64,000 nt of DNA from the human T2T-CHM13v2.0 reference genome, Homo sapiens. Shown here piece after piece: positions 1 to 14,690 of this stretch. The stretch lies in assembly GCF_009914755.1 (NCBI RefSeq), contig NC_060925.1; one strand, written 5' to 3'. The notes beneath the pieces are model-generated. The model ran no database searches. It saw nothing but the letters and a program-made list of their open reading frames with translations, and was not told the origin of the DNA. Position 1 is the first letter of the stretch; each line of letters opens with the position of its first letter. The translations under genes were made by a program, and so were the position numbers.

Positions 1-2144
1 AAAAATGGAAAGAAAAGTCAGAATCCATCCTTCCAAACAATGCAAATGGTTTTCCACTGGGTTTGCAGCCAACCAGTGGCTACAGTAATGTGGCATCTGA
101 ACAAGGGCCACCAGGTCCCAAGGTCTGTGATGCCTATGGCCTTGAATGAGGAAAAGAGTAAGATTACAGCTGTATCCTCTTATTCCAACCTAATGGTACT
201 TAATGAAATCATTAGCATGCATTACCAGTAAGGTGGCTCATCCATATGGCTCCTGATAAAATACATACCTTTCATTTATAGCTAAGTAAGGGAAGAGATT
301 CCTTGACTCTGTCATTTACGCTTCTTTCTTCTCATGCTGAATGTTACACAAGGCTACTTAAATTCCCTGTTTCCAATGATTTAAACAATTGACTACACTT
401 CTCAGCACTTCTTCCCGGCTCTCAATCTTGTAAAAAATTCTATTCTCCTGACCAGCTTAAAGACCTCCCTAGAATTATGCCCGGCATTGTTCGCCATGCT
501 CCTATTTGGGAAGTTCTTTGTTCAGGACTCATGGGCTCAGGAGACTTTTGAACAATGTCAATGGGCTGCAGGTAAGGCTCAATATTCACATATTTCAAAG
601 TCAGGACTGGCATCTACAAGCACTACTTTACAGATTATTCAAAGCTCATGATTTGCTTAAAGCTGGTGATTTGATTTTAAATTTATGGAAGATTGCACAG
701 TATGACTTACAAATCTCACTACAGGGATTTATAAATGCTGGGCTACTTTTTTAAAATAATAGCTGTACATAATCAAATTGTATTTGGCCTATGCTTGGTT
801 ATGACCTTCGGATCTCATAAAAATGCTCCTCTACATAACCAGTCATTTTCTATCTTGAAACTGGGATATTGTGATTTTTTTATTCTAAGTACACAAAATC
901 CACAGGCAAGAGAAAATACCTATTAAAAGAAGGGGAGATGAAAGTGAATTCCTTCTACCAAAACGAAGTAAACCAGGGAGTTAAGAACAGCTAGCAGGAT
1001 ACAAATGTTCATCTTGTATCCACATTCACCCCCAATTTCTAGTTGCTACTTTTCTTCATTACATAAGAAAGTGGGTCACTCATTCTTGGGGAAGGACAGT
1101 CTTTTCCAGAGCAAATGAGAATATTTTCTCAATGAGGTAAATATAAGAGAATGGCATATTTGAAGGGCTCCTCTTCCCTGCCCTTGGGAAAAGGGAACCA
1201 GGAATAGTGGCGAAGGCAGGTTTTGAGTCCAGGTAGTCTTGTTCCAGAACCCATGCCCTTGACCACTACCCTATACTGTGGGGTTCTCACCATCCAACAT
1301 GGAGACCAAAGGGCACCCCTGGGTCTCCCATAGCGGGATGGGGAGGGGCTCTCACACCTGTTCTTGGGAGAAGAGGGAAGGGTTGTTTGAGCTGGGCATC
1401 CCGGAGCACCCATGCTGGGACCAAGGCGGGTGGATCCTCCTATCAACGTGTAGAGTCAAAGGGAGAAATAGAAAAACAACCAGAAGACAAAAGTTAAGTG
1501 CAAAAGGCCAATCAATGAAATCGCTTTCTCATGTGTGAGCAACAGAGCTATAAAAAGAACTTTAAGCAGCTTTTCAGTCAGATCTTTACAGTCTATCCAC
1601 CCAAGAAACAGCCTCAAAATTCAACTCTCTACTTTTTATTTAGGGCCAATTTTCATTCAGATGTGTCCTTACTGCACCCCTCTCAGGTCAGAATAATCCC
1701 CACCCCGCTATCAGGCAAGTTAGGCTGGACAGCCCAACATATATTCAGAGCTCAAGAAATCTTACTGAAAAAGAAGCTCCATCACCATCCTGTATTTCAG
1801 AAGCAGCAATCACATAGCCAGCCAAAGTGAAATTAAGAAATTTGCATGTCATTTATTAATATCCTCCTTGTCTGTCAAGCAGCCTTCAAAAACATGTTTT
1901 CCTCCTTTCAAAAGAAGCAAATTGTAATGAGCTCGTTCACACTAAGGATCTCAGGCCAGGCTATGTTTCTCCGCGAGTATGCAGAGGGTAAACTTCCACA
2001 AGGGAACAGTGGCCAATTGATACATTGCTTTCTTTATCCTAGTACCCAGAGCATTCTTTCCCACATATGGTGACTTACATCTTGTCTACAAAATGGTCTC
2101 CATTCCAGCATAGTCTTTTTTGAAATCAAAAATATTTCAAGTTG

Positions 2145-2370
2145 CCAGCCTGGGCAACATGGTGAAACACTAACTCTACAAAAAAGATTTTTTAAAAAAT
2201 TAGCCAGGTATTATGGCATGCTCCTGTGGTCCCAGCTACTCAGGAGGCTGAGGAAGGAGGATTGGTTGAGCCTAGGAAGTTGAGCCATGTCCATGCCACC
2301 ATACTCCAGCCTGTGCAACACAGCAAGACACTACCTCAAAAACAAAACAAAACAAAGCAAAACAAAAAAC
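2145..2370 (+). mobile_element. AluJ-like SINE, 5'-truncated
   Basis: ccagcctgggcaacat...cccagctactcaggaggctgagg...; (CAAAA)n tail. Confidence 0.9.
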
Positions 2371-2377
2371 TCCAATA

Positions 2378-2660
2378 TACTGTGTGTTAGATTAGGGAAT
2401 TATTGATTTGTTAGATAGGATGATGATGTTATGGTTCTGAAAGGAAATGTCCTTATGTTTTGGAGACACACAGTGAAGCATTTAGGGATGAAATGTAATG
2501 ATATTTGTAATTTGCTTTAAAATATGTTAGTAAAATTTTTTAATAGATAAAGTAAATATGGTAAAATGTTAACAGTGGATATAGCCAAGAAATGGGTTAA
2601 GTGTCCATTAAACTGTTCTCTCTATAGTGCTGCGTGATGAAACATTTTCGTAACAAAAGA
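2378..2660 (+). mobile_element. Old L1 (L1ME/L1MC-type) 3' UTR fragment
   Basis: AT-rich; gaagcatttagggatgaaatg...ggtaaaatgttaacagtgg resembles old L1M 3' ends. Confidence 0.6.
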
Positions 2661-2784
2661 TCAAAAACTGCAAGATGGAGCTTCCCTGAAAGCTGCCTGG
2701 TTTCCTCATCAGAGCACCTTCCCCCTCTTCTGGCACCCGCAGCCACCTGTAGCCAGGCCTCTCCATTTAAGTTCTGAAGCTTTG

Positions 2785-3005
2785 AGGGGCTTTCTCTATG
2801 TGCCAAGCACCATTCTAAGCACTTTTTATTAATTACATCATTTGCTCTTCACCAAAGCCCTATGCAATAGCTAATGTAGCAACTATTATCCCCATTTCGC
2901 TGAGGTGTAAACTGAGACCCAGAGGTGTGAATGTACCCAAGATCACTCAGCTAGTAAGTGTCACAACCAGAATTGCAACCAGGTCATTCGTTACTACGTT
3001 AAACC
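2785..3005 (-). mobile_element. MIR SINE
   Basis: tatgtgccaagcaccattctaagcac...attatccccattt...aaactgagacccagag (MIR core, antisense). Confidence 0.8.
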
Positions 3006-3490
3006 ACCCCAGCCCATTCGTCATCTGAGGTCACAGTGCTTCTCTCATAAAGATGTTTGAAGGTGTTGGCCACACTTTACCACCCTACATGATATTGATT
3101 ACATTCTAGCAGTGCTCTTTCTACATGAGATAAAGGTGGGTTCCTGTTTTTGCTTCCCCTTTTTTGTATTTCTCTCAGAAACAAAGTCAGTGTCTGCTTC
3201 TTCACAGATTATTGATTGCTTTGCTATCTAGTGAGATGGGTCAAGGTCTAGGCTGATAGCAATCCTCGAAGCCTTCACCTTTGGCTGAAGATTCCTCTGT
3301 CTCTGTTATTCAAGTATGAGTGGTATAGTCCTCACTCAGCAGGTGATAATCCTCCTCAGAGGTGTCCTGAACCCATATCTGATGCCCACCTTGGTTTGTT
3401 CCTGCCTGACTGAATCATTACTAGAAACAACAATGAATAATGTGGTGCATGTTTGTATGTGGACTCAAGGAACCTGGCTGAAACCAGCAC

Positions 3491-3539
<49 letters not shown>

Positions 3540-3755
3540 CATCTATCTGTCCATCTGTCTGTCTGTCTGTCCATCTGTCTGTCCATCTGTCTATTTCTAT
3601 ATCTGTCAGTCATCTTATCTATCTCTATCTCTATCTCTCTATCTCTTTCTATTGCTCTATCAATCATCTATCTATTGCTATCTTTCTGTATCTATGTTTA
3701 TCTATCTATCCATTTATCTATCTTTCAATATCTACCTACCCACCTACCTACCTAC
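3491..3755. repeat. Complex (ATCT)n/(GTCT)n tetranucleotide STR
   Basis: Pure (ATCT)12 at 3491-3538, then degenerate TCTA/TCTG/CCTA units. Confidence 0.97.
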
Positions 3756-5269
3756 TGACATGTGTGTAATTTTGATGGTTAGAAGCCAAGAAAAAGCCAG
3801 CATCTTTTATTGTGAACGAGTTTATCTAGAGATATAGATTTTTGGAATTCATCTCTACTACCTTATATTAGAAATATACACTTCAGTGGGCCTTTTGGTT
3901 GAGCAAAGGTACAGCAAAGATCCAGTTCCAGAATGGGAAGCTTTGAGCTCACTTGATCAAATTGTGGTGCATAATCACATAAAAGGTTGTTCAGGATGGG
4001 CACACTCAGTTCTTACTTTTCTACAAATGGGTTTAGATTATACAGTCTCTGAAAATTATGTTCAGCTCTTGGTTGGTATATATTTTTTCCATTTATTTTT
4101 CAAGTGCTAGCTCACAGGAGAGGGAGAGCAGAGACTGGGGGGATGGAGGAAGCCCATCATCACTTTAGGCAGGCAAGACTCCCCAGAAAAGACCAGACAA
4201 GGGTTGCCAGAGCCCTTTCTGACCATTCTACAAAAGTCCCACAAGGAGCGTTCTCCAAGACTGAATAGCCCAGTTCATTGTGGCCTGAAGGCTGTTCCAA
4301 GGGAGGCCGAGGCTCAGGTTGGGCTCTGCAGGTAGCAGGCCAGCCCCCATGGGAGAGCATATTTGCTCTCACTGTACCCCACCTTGGGAAAAGTTCTGTC
4401 CTGAACTCAGATGTGGGCACCTAGGCCATGGGTCTTGCGTGGAAGGAGGTAGGCCACTCATTTCCCGGGTCTTGAGGAGTTCAGTTCTGACTCTGGCCAG
4501 GAGAGGCATGCTCAAGGATTCTACCAGAGAGGTGAGATGGCTCCGGGAACTCGGCCATAGGTAGGGGCTTAGGAAAGATTTCTAAGGAGGAAATGTCTGT
4601 GGAGCTTTATGGCTACTGAAAGAGGGTAAAGCATCATGTGGGCCGGTCTGAGGATCATGTAGGTAGGCACTTCCTGGGCTTCCCAGGGAGCTGCCCTGGC
4701 TGAAACACCATTCTTCTTTGGCCACACAACTCGTCTACAGCATTCTGTGTGACCTCACAACCTGAGCAGTCTTGGGAATTTGATGGCACGAGCATGCATA
4801 TCTAGCCATTCTAAATTCAGTGCTCAGTAGGCCTGGGATGGGGCTTTTTAAACCGCGAGTAGCCTTCAAGTAGTTTAAAAAGCATATTTCTATTGTTTTT
4901 CCTTAAGTGCTTCAAATCACTGGTAATCAGAGAAATGCAAATTAAAACAACAACAGATAGGCTTTTTCTTCTATCAGGCTTGCAAAAGCTTCAAAGAATT
5001 ATAGCTAGTGTTTACACAGGTTGAGTTACTCTTTTTTCCTACCTCAAGTCCTGAACAATACCAGGAAGGAGAAATAGTTCATAGTTACCATTGTCTTTTA
5101 CATAATAATGTCATCAGCTTCAATGAAGAGAAACATTAACAGGGCTGTGAGCACTTTGGAATGGAAAATCATCCTATGTATATATTTATTAATTAATGCA
5201 TTCATTCAGGAAATATTTACCGAACATCTAAGCAGCACAGAGAATGAAGAAGGAAAATAAAAGCGCGTC

Positions 5270-5410
5270 AAATGCTGAGTATGTGTGGGGCACTGAGCCA
5301 GACTGTTGGATGAATTATTCTGTGAGTTGGGTTATAAGATCCCCTTTTCACAGATAAAGGGAGGGTAAGTCATTTGCCAAAGGTCACCCAGCTAATGAAA
5401 AGTTTGCTGG
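5270..5410 (-). mobile_element. MIR fragment
   Basis: ttttcacagataaagg...gtaagtcatttgccaaaggtcacccagcta. Confidence 0.6.
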
Positions 5411-6136
5411 AGGCTCGGTGAGATGGAACATCCAGGATGTTCCCAGTGCTTCTGGAACTTGCCAGCTGTAGAGGAGACTGAGCAAGCACAGGTAACCCTG
5501 ACACAGACACTGGGAGCCCAGAACCCTGAGAGATTCAGGCAATGCACACTCCAAAGAGCTAAACAAGAGGGGATTATTCTGGTGCAAGCAGGGCTGTGCT
5601 AAAAAGACATCTCTCAGAGAAACATGTGAACAAAACCTTCTGGGATGGGCCACATTATTAAACAGAGGGCAGGGAAGCAAGAGGAGCAGAACGTTCTAGA
5701 GGAAGAGGCCTGCTTGGGCAAATCACTAAAGAAGTGTCCAAAGCACACTCAGGAAAAACTGCAGGTGAGGAAACCAATAAACAAACACACCCAACCTCGA
5801 TCTTCACAGCCCTGCAAAAATTCTCGTGAAACCAAACTGGTTTGACGTTCACAAAGAAGATACACAAAAGACACCTGAGATGGAAGCGCAGCCAACATCC
5901 TGTGAATTTCTCCCCAAGACTTGAGCATTTGAGTCATTGGTTGGGAAAGGAGTTTAGGACTAAAGATACAGATTGTAGAATCATTGGCTTTCAGGCAGTT
6001 GGGGAAGTTTTGAAGAAGGGAGACTGTGCCGAGTCCAGGGAAGATGGGTAGGACCCTGAATGCTAGTTCCCAAGCATGGCCACGGAACTGGGTTAAGGTA
6101 GAGGCATGGAGGAGAAGCTCATTATGTAAAACTGGC

Positions 6137-6668
6137 TTTTTTTAAAATTATTATTATACTTTAAGTTTTAGGGTACATGTGCACAATATGCAGGTTTGTT
6201 ACATATGTATACATGTGCCATGTTGGTGTGCTGCACCCATTAACTCATCATTTAACAGGTATATCACCTAATGCTATCCCTCCCCCTCCCCCCACCCCAC
6301 AACAGCCCCCGGTGTGTGATGTTCCCCTTCCTGTGTCCAAGTGTTCTCATTGTTCAATTCCCACCTATGAGTGAGAACATGCGGTGTTTGGTTTTTTGTC
6401 CTTGCGATACTTTGCTGAGAATGATGGTTTCCAGCTTCATCCATGTCCCTACAAAGGACATGAACTCATCATTTTTTATGGCTGCATAGTATTCCATGGT
6501 GTATATGTGCCACATTTTCTTAATCCAGTCTATCGTTGTTGGACATTTGGGTTGGTTCCAAGTCTTTGCTATTGTGAATAGTGCCGCAATAAACATACGT
6601 GTGCATGTGTCTTTATAGCAGCACGATTTATAATCCTTTGGGTATATACCCAGTAATGGGATGGCTGG
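6137..6668 (-). mobile_element. 5'-truncated L1PA (L1PA3/PA4-like): ORF2 C-terminus and 3' UTR
   Basis: ORF 6354-6596 (MFIAALFTIAKTWNQPKCP...MFSLIGGN) is the L1 ORF2p C-terminus; TSD ctggcttttttt at 6132-6143 and 6665-6676. Confidence 0.97.
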
Positions 6669-7192
6669 CTTTTTTTTTTCTCACCTGCAGCGCATGGCAC
6701 CCTGCCTTCCAGAGACAAGGTTCCCAACAACTGTGCTGAATGAATGGAGGAAAAATGAACCCAAACCAGGAATACAAATCCTTGTGTGTGAACATAAACC
6801 TACTTCCAAAATTCTTGAGGAATCCCTAACTCAAGTCCCCCAAGTCCTGTTTGGTTGTGCACAGAAAGAGATATTACAAGAGGAGCCGTGGGAACCTGAA
6901 AAAATGAATGGGGAGTGGCAGTCCCTTCTTATTAATGTGATCAAGACCAATAAATGTATATTGTAATTGTAAATTCTTTCTGGACTCCACATTTCTCCAA
7001 AACCTAAGGATGTCTCCAATTATCTCGAGAAAGAAACGTCATAAGATTCTCAAGACTAAAGTAATGTTAATTGATATTCATGCCATGGGAATGGAGAGCG
7101 TGCGCTTACTAAGCAGCATCTTGAGGGAAGGCACCATACAAAATCAAACAACCGTTCAGGAATAGTAAATAGCTTCTATTACTGTTGTTTAG

Positions 7193-7615
<423 letters not shown>

Positions 7616-7777
7616 TAACTTTGAAGTTTAGATATACAATTCAAAATTAGAAAAAATGTTCATGTATGAACTAAAATTTACACTTATGAAACAAAAATAT
7701 TATACCTCACTATTCACATCCTGTTTTCCTGTTTTAACCTTTAAACACAAAGGAAAACTCCAAGTTGTCAGATAGAA

Positions 7778-8160
7778 CTGGGGTAAATGTTTTGCATAAA
7801 GGACCAGACAAGGGTATCCTTTATCTGAAATGTTTTGGACCGGAAGTGTTTTGGATTTTGAATTTTTGGGGATTTTTGGAATATTTGCAATCTATACTGG
7901 TTCACCATTCCTAATCTAAAAATCTAAAATTCAAAATGCTCCAATGAGCATTTCTTTTGAGCACCATGTCAGCACTTAAAAAGTTTTGAATTTTGGAGCA
8001 CTTCAGATTTTGGATTTTCAAATTAGGGGTACTCAACCTGTAATAAATATTTTGGCTTTGCAGGCCATATGATCTCTTGTAAATACTCAATTTTGCTGTT
8101 GTAGCAATGTATGAACAAATGGGTATGGCTATGTTCTAATAAAACTTTATTATAGACACT
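7778..8160 (-). mobile_element. MER58A (hAT-Charlie) interrupted by Tigger4a
   Basis: taaaggaccaga|...|taaatattttggctttgcaggccatatg...ggctatgttctaataaaactttatt matches MER58A on both sides of the insert. Confidence 0.8.
7809..8040 (+). mobile_element. Tigger4a (Zombi/MER46-type TcMar MITE)
   Basis: gtatcctttatctgaaatg...aaatgctccaatgagcatttc...actcaacctg followed by TA. Confidence 0.85.
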
Positions 8161-8164
8161 AAAT

Positions 8165-8480
8165 AATAATAATAATAGCTCCTATTGATTAAGTGCTTGC
8201 CATGTTCTGAGCAGAGCTAACTGCTTTAACATTTGGTTAAGTGCTGGGCCAAGAGCTCAGAATATGATTAGGAAAATGACACAACCTCTACCTCCTTACT
8301 TCCTGTACACTTTCTTGTGTAATCCTCATAACCAACCTATCACTAACCCTATTTTGTAGTTGAGGAGACTAAAGTTATGTAGCCACTCAACATCAGGCAT
8401 CTAATAAGTGGCAAAAAAAAAAGGATTTGAACTCAGTGTGTCTGATTTTAGAACCTGTTTCCATAACCCCCACACTCTAG
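8165..8480 (-). mobile_element. MIR
   Basis: aataatagctcctattgattaagtgctt...ggatttgaactcag...tctgattttagaacc. Confidence 0.65.
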
Positions 8481-9272
8481 GGCTTGGAATTCTATTGACA
8501 GCAAAAGCATCTTCCAGTCTCACAGGACTGTGGGGCTGTGGTGCAGTCCTGAAAGGAGCATGCATGTGAGGAACACCACGCGAGAGGCCCATGAAAGGAC
8601 AGGACAGCCTGGAGTCCCGGGGGAAGCTGCTCCCCAGCACCTGGCATTATGGCCGGTGTCATGGTCCCATGTTGGGTTTGCAAAGGACTCAGAGCCTTGA
8701 GCCAAGCGGCAGGAAGCAATTTCAGTCTTTGGCCCAGACCACCAGGCCTCGAAACCTTTCTATCTAATTAAACTTCCATTGCCTTTCATTTCTGCAGCCC
8801 TCCTTACAGGAATACTCTCTTTAAAATAAATAAATAAAAGATATGGGAACTGATGGAGTCAACTAAGAATTTCTCTAATTTCCACATCTAACTCCTATGA
8901 ATAACTCACTTGGAAATGGGCGTGGTCTGTCTAGGCATGATTGTGTTTTGCATAAACTCTTATGCATGAAGTGGCTCTATTTGCAACTAGACAGGATCCA
9001 AATTTCAGAAACACTTTAACAACCGACTATAAAGTTTATTAAAAAATAAAAAATAGAAAAGTCATTTCACCTTTTGCCCGCAGTAAAACTCTGGGAATGG
9101 ACTCTCCTGGCCTCAAAGCTTTCTTTTCTTCTCTGCAGAAGCTGCTGAAGACACCCTCCACAGGCTTAGCCTACCCAGGTTACGGCACCCTGCCTGCTGC
9201 ACTCAGGGAACTCAAGGTGTTGCCTGTTCAACGTTTGAGCAGAACCAGAGTCATGGCTTACGCTAGCTGTGA

Positions 9273-9758
<486 letters not shown>

Positions 9759-9776
9759 TCCCTTTCTCCTTTTACT

Positions 9777-9915
9777 CAGCTTGTCCCAAACTTCAAGGTA
9801 CAGAAGAATCACCTGGGGATCTTGTTAAACTGTGGGGTCTGGCTTGGTAGGCCTGGGATGGGGGCTTGAGAATCAGTGTTTCTAACAAAGCACCAGGGTA
9901 GGTTTGGGAAATAGT
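9777..9915. mobile_element. MER5A-like hAT fossil
   Basis: agaatcacctggggatcttgttaaa...ggcctgggatggggg...tttctaacaa. Confidence 0.7.
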
Positions 9916-9989
9916 TCGAGTCTATGCAGCGTCAAGGATGATGGCCAAGCAGGTGAGGTAGCCACTGGCCACTACTATTTTTGCCTGCC

Positions 9990-10384
9990 CAGAACATGTG
10001 CTTTTTCCCTATTTTTTTAAGCCCAATAATGGGCACATAGCTCAGTTTGCACCAATCAGAGTCCTGCCCAGAAATGAGGTATGAATGGTGGTGGGAGTGG
10101 GGAAGAAGGGGTAAGTGGGAGCAGGCTCTCTTTTCCCTGGGGTTACTAACCTGGGAGGGTTGCTTGTAGCGCATGCAGGAAGTCCATTGTCAGTGATCAA
10201 GAATGAGTTGAACCTACAGAGAGAAGTGAAAAGGGTGGAGATGCAAGGACATCATTTGAGCTCCTGCATCCAGTCACACCTGAGGCCAGATGCTCCAGCC
10301 TTCCAGTTATACGAGCCCATAAATTTGCTTTTTCACTTAATTTAATTCTTGTCACTTGTAAATAAAAGAGCCCTGAGTTATATA
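9990..10384 (+). mobile_element. MLT1 (MLT1K-like) MaLR solo LTR
   Basis: ccaatcagagtcctgccc...gacatcatttgagctcctgcatccagtcacacctgaggccag...tgtcacttgtaaataaaagagccctga. Confidence 0.7.
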
Positions 10385-10422
10385 GTGGGTAAGGCAAGTT
10401 GGGGTCAAAAAACAAGGTATAG

Positions 10423-10762
<340 letters not shown>

Positions 10763-11523
10763 AACATGATTAAGTATGGAGTCCTAAGGGCCTGACCTCC
10801 AAGTGCCACAAAAAGCGAACTTGAGCTCCTTCATCAGGCGATGTTTGCTCATGCCTTTTCCTGATGATACTGAAAAAGTTCGCAGAAGCTCCACATGTCC
10901 AACTGCTTTTTCCTGGACGTTTAGTTATACAGGTAAAGCTGAAAGTAAACAGCAGATTTGGACTCAAAATCAGCTCCATAAATGGCCTCATTTCCAGGCA
11001 CAGCCCTTGATGTCATCTCTGAAAGGTCGTCGTCCCAGCCCTGGAGGGATTTACTGAGGCCCCAGGATCTGAGCTCATGTCCAGATCTGTGAAAAGCAAA
11101 GGACATGCATGCAAAATAGATTGAGGCCGCATACGCCCAAGTCGCTGGGGAAGGGACAGGCATGTGGTGAGCAAAGAGGGAAGAGGAGGTTTCCTGCTTC
11201 TCTCTGTGACTTCCCTATTTCAGATAACAGCAGCCCCACCCTGCTGGGCACTCAGGTTCAAAATGTCAGAGCCTTGGGACTCTTCTTTCTCCTTTTCATA
11301 TTCCTCTGCGCTGCATGCAGGAGAGTGATTCTATCCCAGGGCCAACTCTGACAGCCACCTCCTTCTCTCCATTCTCTCTGTTGCTGCTTTTTTCAGGCCT
11401 TCATTATTTCCCACCCGAACCACAGTGGCAATGGCCTTGTAGCTATTCTCCTCAAATATATTTTTCATACTTCACCAGGTCCAGTGAAATGTTTTGAGGA
11501 CTTACTATTGACTCACTCAACCC

Positions 11524-12328
11524 TGGGGCAGATTGTATTTTCCAAAGATGCCACATATCCCATTTTACATGTTCTCACAATATGACTGACATTCTTGCCA
11601 TCAAGAGGTGAAGTCCACGTTCCCTCCCCTTGAACTTGGAAGGGCTTGAGACCCAGCAGAAGTGATGCTATGTGACTTCTTCCAAGACTAGGACCTAAAA
11701 AGTGGTACTGTTTTTGCCTGGTTTTCTTGGGAAACTTGCCTTCAGGCCATCAGTTGCCATGTAAGTACGAAACCGCCATACTGTATGGAAGCCCAAGCCA
11801 CATGGAGGTGCCATGTGTGGGTGTTCCTAGTGTGAGGTCCTAACTGACAGCTGGGAATGTGCATGAACGTATCTCTAAATGATTTCTTCCCCCAGTGGGC
11901 TGGTCACCGCCACCCGCCCTCCGCCCCCTGTCACTTTTCAGTTCTCCCAGTCGAGGCCATAGACATCATGGAGCTGTGCTTTCCTGACCTACAGAATCTG
12001 TCAGCATAATAAAATGGTTGTTTCTGTTTTCTCTGGGTGCAGTGACTCACACCCATAATTTCAGCACTTTAGGAGGCCAAGGCAGGAGGATCGCTTGGAC
12101 TCAGGAGTTTGAGACCAGCCTGGGCAACATAGTGAGATCCCTGTCTCTGTAAAAAAGCCAAAAAAAAAAAAAATTAGCTGGGCATGGTGGTGCATGCTTG
12201 TAGTTCTAGCTACTCAGGAGGCTGAGGTAGGAGAATTGCTTGGGTCCAGGAGGTTGAGGCTACCACGAGCCAGTGAGCCACAATCACAACACTGCACTCC
12301 AGCCTCGGCAACAGACTGAGATCCTGTT

Positions 12329-12361
<33 letters not shown>

Positions 12362-12430
12362 AAGATTATTTTAAGTTCCTAATTTTGGGGGAAATTTGTT
12401 ACATAGCCAATAGCCAATAGATAACCGATA
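11524..12430 (+). mobile_element. MLT1G-like MaLR solo LTR, split by an Alu
   Basis: ggcagattgtattttccaaagatgcc...ttcctgacctacagaatctgtcagcataataaaatggttgttt; resumes after the Alu with ttttaag...ttgttacatagc...atagataacc. Confidence 0.8.
12033..12360 (+). mobile_element. AluJ
   Basis: Dimer with a long poly(A) tail. Confidence 0.96.
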
Positions 12431-12594
12431 TTTTATTTTAAAATGCCTTAATGTGTACACAAACCCTCTGTCAATCATCTGGTTACAAATAGCTCCTGCA
12501 GGGAGCTATTTACAAAAGAGGTGAGGTTTCCACAGCTATGAGACCCTGAAGAGAGGAGCTGATCCGAGGGTAAGCCAGGCATTTCTATGCATTT

Positions 12595-12785
12595 TTTTTG
12601 TCTTTACTATGTGCCAGGCACGTTACAGACCTTATCACATCCAAATCTTCAACATGATGGCTATGAGGTTAATTATCTTCCTTAATAGTTATAGAAATTG
12701 AAGCTCAGAGGGGAAACATAAATTTCCCCAAAGTGGCCAAACAGGAATCCAAACCTGGGGCCTGATGACGCCGGAGCCCTCGCAG
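12595..12785 (-). mobile_element. MIR
   Basis: ttactatgtgccaggcac...ctatgaggtt...agaaattgaagctcagag. Confidence 0.65.
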
Positions 12786-13477
12786 CGCCTACCGCGCCTC
12801 TGGAAGAGCCGAACCCAAGAAAGAGAGCACAGAGGAGCACTCAGCATCACTTTGCTGCTCTTACCTTTCCCAGCACATGACTGAAATCACTCCTCTATTT
12901 GGAATGAAGGAAAAACAAAGCAGTCTGGTCTGGCTAGAGAAAGCCCCCGGCCACAATGTCGAACAAACCGGGAGTAATTTGTCTCTGTTCTTTTCCATGT
13001 GACTGCCGGAGGTTATCCTGGTTTTTATTAGTCCAAACTTCCCTTTTCAAAAAATAATTCCTTGAAATCTTCTGGGAAATTAACATGGCTCAATCTGGCT
13101 CTGGGCTGGCCACCACATGCTCACAGAATTAGGAGAACCTGAGATTTTAACCCTTCGTAGCCACACACACATACACACAAAACCACATGTGCCTCTATAG
13201 CTGTGTTGTTTAACAGGCTGTAAAGAGAATATTCACACTGGGTGAGCGGTTAGGTTCAGCTTTATCCTGGAAAAAATTTCATCTCTTAGATTTGTTCCAA
13301 TCCAAGAGTTTTACACGGTGTGCAGATTGAGTTACACATCAGTGCACAGCACAGGAATCCTTTATTTAAGAAATATCAGGAACTAATTAATATACAAGGT
13401 TAGGTAATTTAAATAACAATTATTTTCAAATATTTTTTAAAGAAAATATATTAAGAATAAGTAATATAAAATTACAG

Positions 13478-13615
13478 AGCCGGGCAGGAGGGTTCACCTG
13501 GTGTAATCCCAGGGCTTTGGGAGGCTGAGGTGGGAGGATTACTTAAGACCAGGAGTTTCTGACCAGCTTGGGAAACATAGTAAGACCCAGTCTCCAAAAT
13601 AATAAAATAAAATAA
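13478..13615 (+). mobile_element. FLAM (free left Alu monomer)
   Basis: Single left monomer followed by an A-rich tail. Confidence 0.9.
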
Positions 13616-13697
13616 CTACAATAGCAACTTTAAATTCCAATTCTATTCTGTACTATAGTCAATTACATAAAAAATGTTCTTCATTTTTCTCTTATAA

Positions 13698-13987
13698 TTT
13701 TTTTTTTGAGATAAGGTCTCATTCTGTCACCCAGCCTAGAGTACAGTGGCACAGTCATAGCTCACTGCAACCTCAAACTCCTAGACTCAAGCAATCCTCC
13801 TGCTTCAGTCCCAGGTAGCTAGAATTACAGGTGTGCATCACCATGTCCAGCTAATTTTTAAATTTTTTGTAGAGATGGGGTCTCACTATGTTGCCCAGAC
13901 TTGTCTTGAACTCCTGGCCTCAAGCAAACCTCCTGCCTCGCCCTCCCAAAGCGCTGGTATTACAGATGTGAGTCACTGTACCTGGCC
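13698..13987 (-). mobile_element. AluJ
   Basis: Antisense dimer with J-type diagnostics (catagctcactgca, caagcaatcctcc). Confidence 0.95.
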
Positions 13988-14066
13988 CATTTTTCTTTAC
14001 TTTTATTTTCTATCTAATTGGGAACTTTTGAGATTATTTACAGTGTCATAAGAATTATAAAAAGGT

Positions 14067-14362
<296 letters not shown>

Positions 14363-14376
14363 TTATTATCGTTACT

Positions 14377-14690
<314 letters not shown>

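Noticed and set aside
1-2100. Unique sequence with isolated GTAAGT/GTAAGG donor-like sites
   Set aside because: No convincing acceptor-ORF-donor combination and no recognisable protein or pseudogene
3316-3837. 173-aa and 101-aa ORFs (SIYL repeats)
   Set aside because: Translation of the TCTA microsatellite
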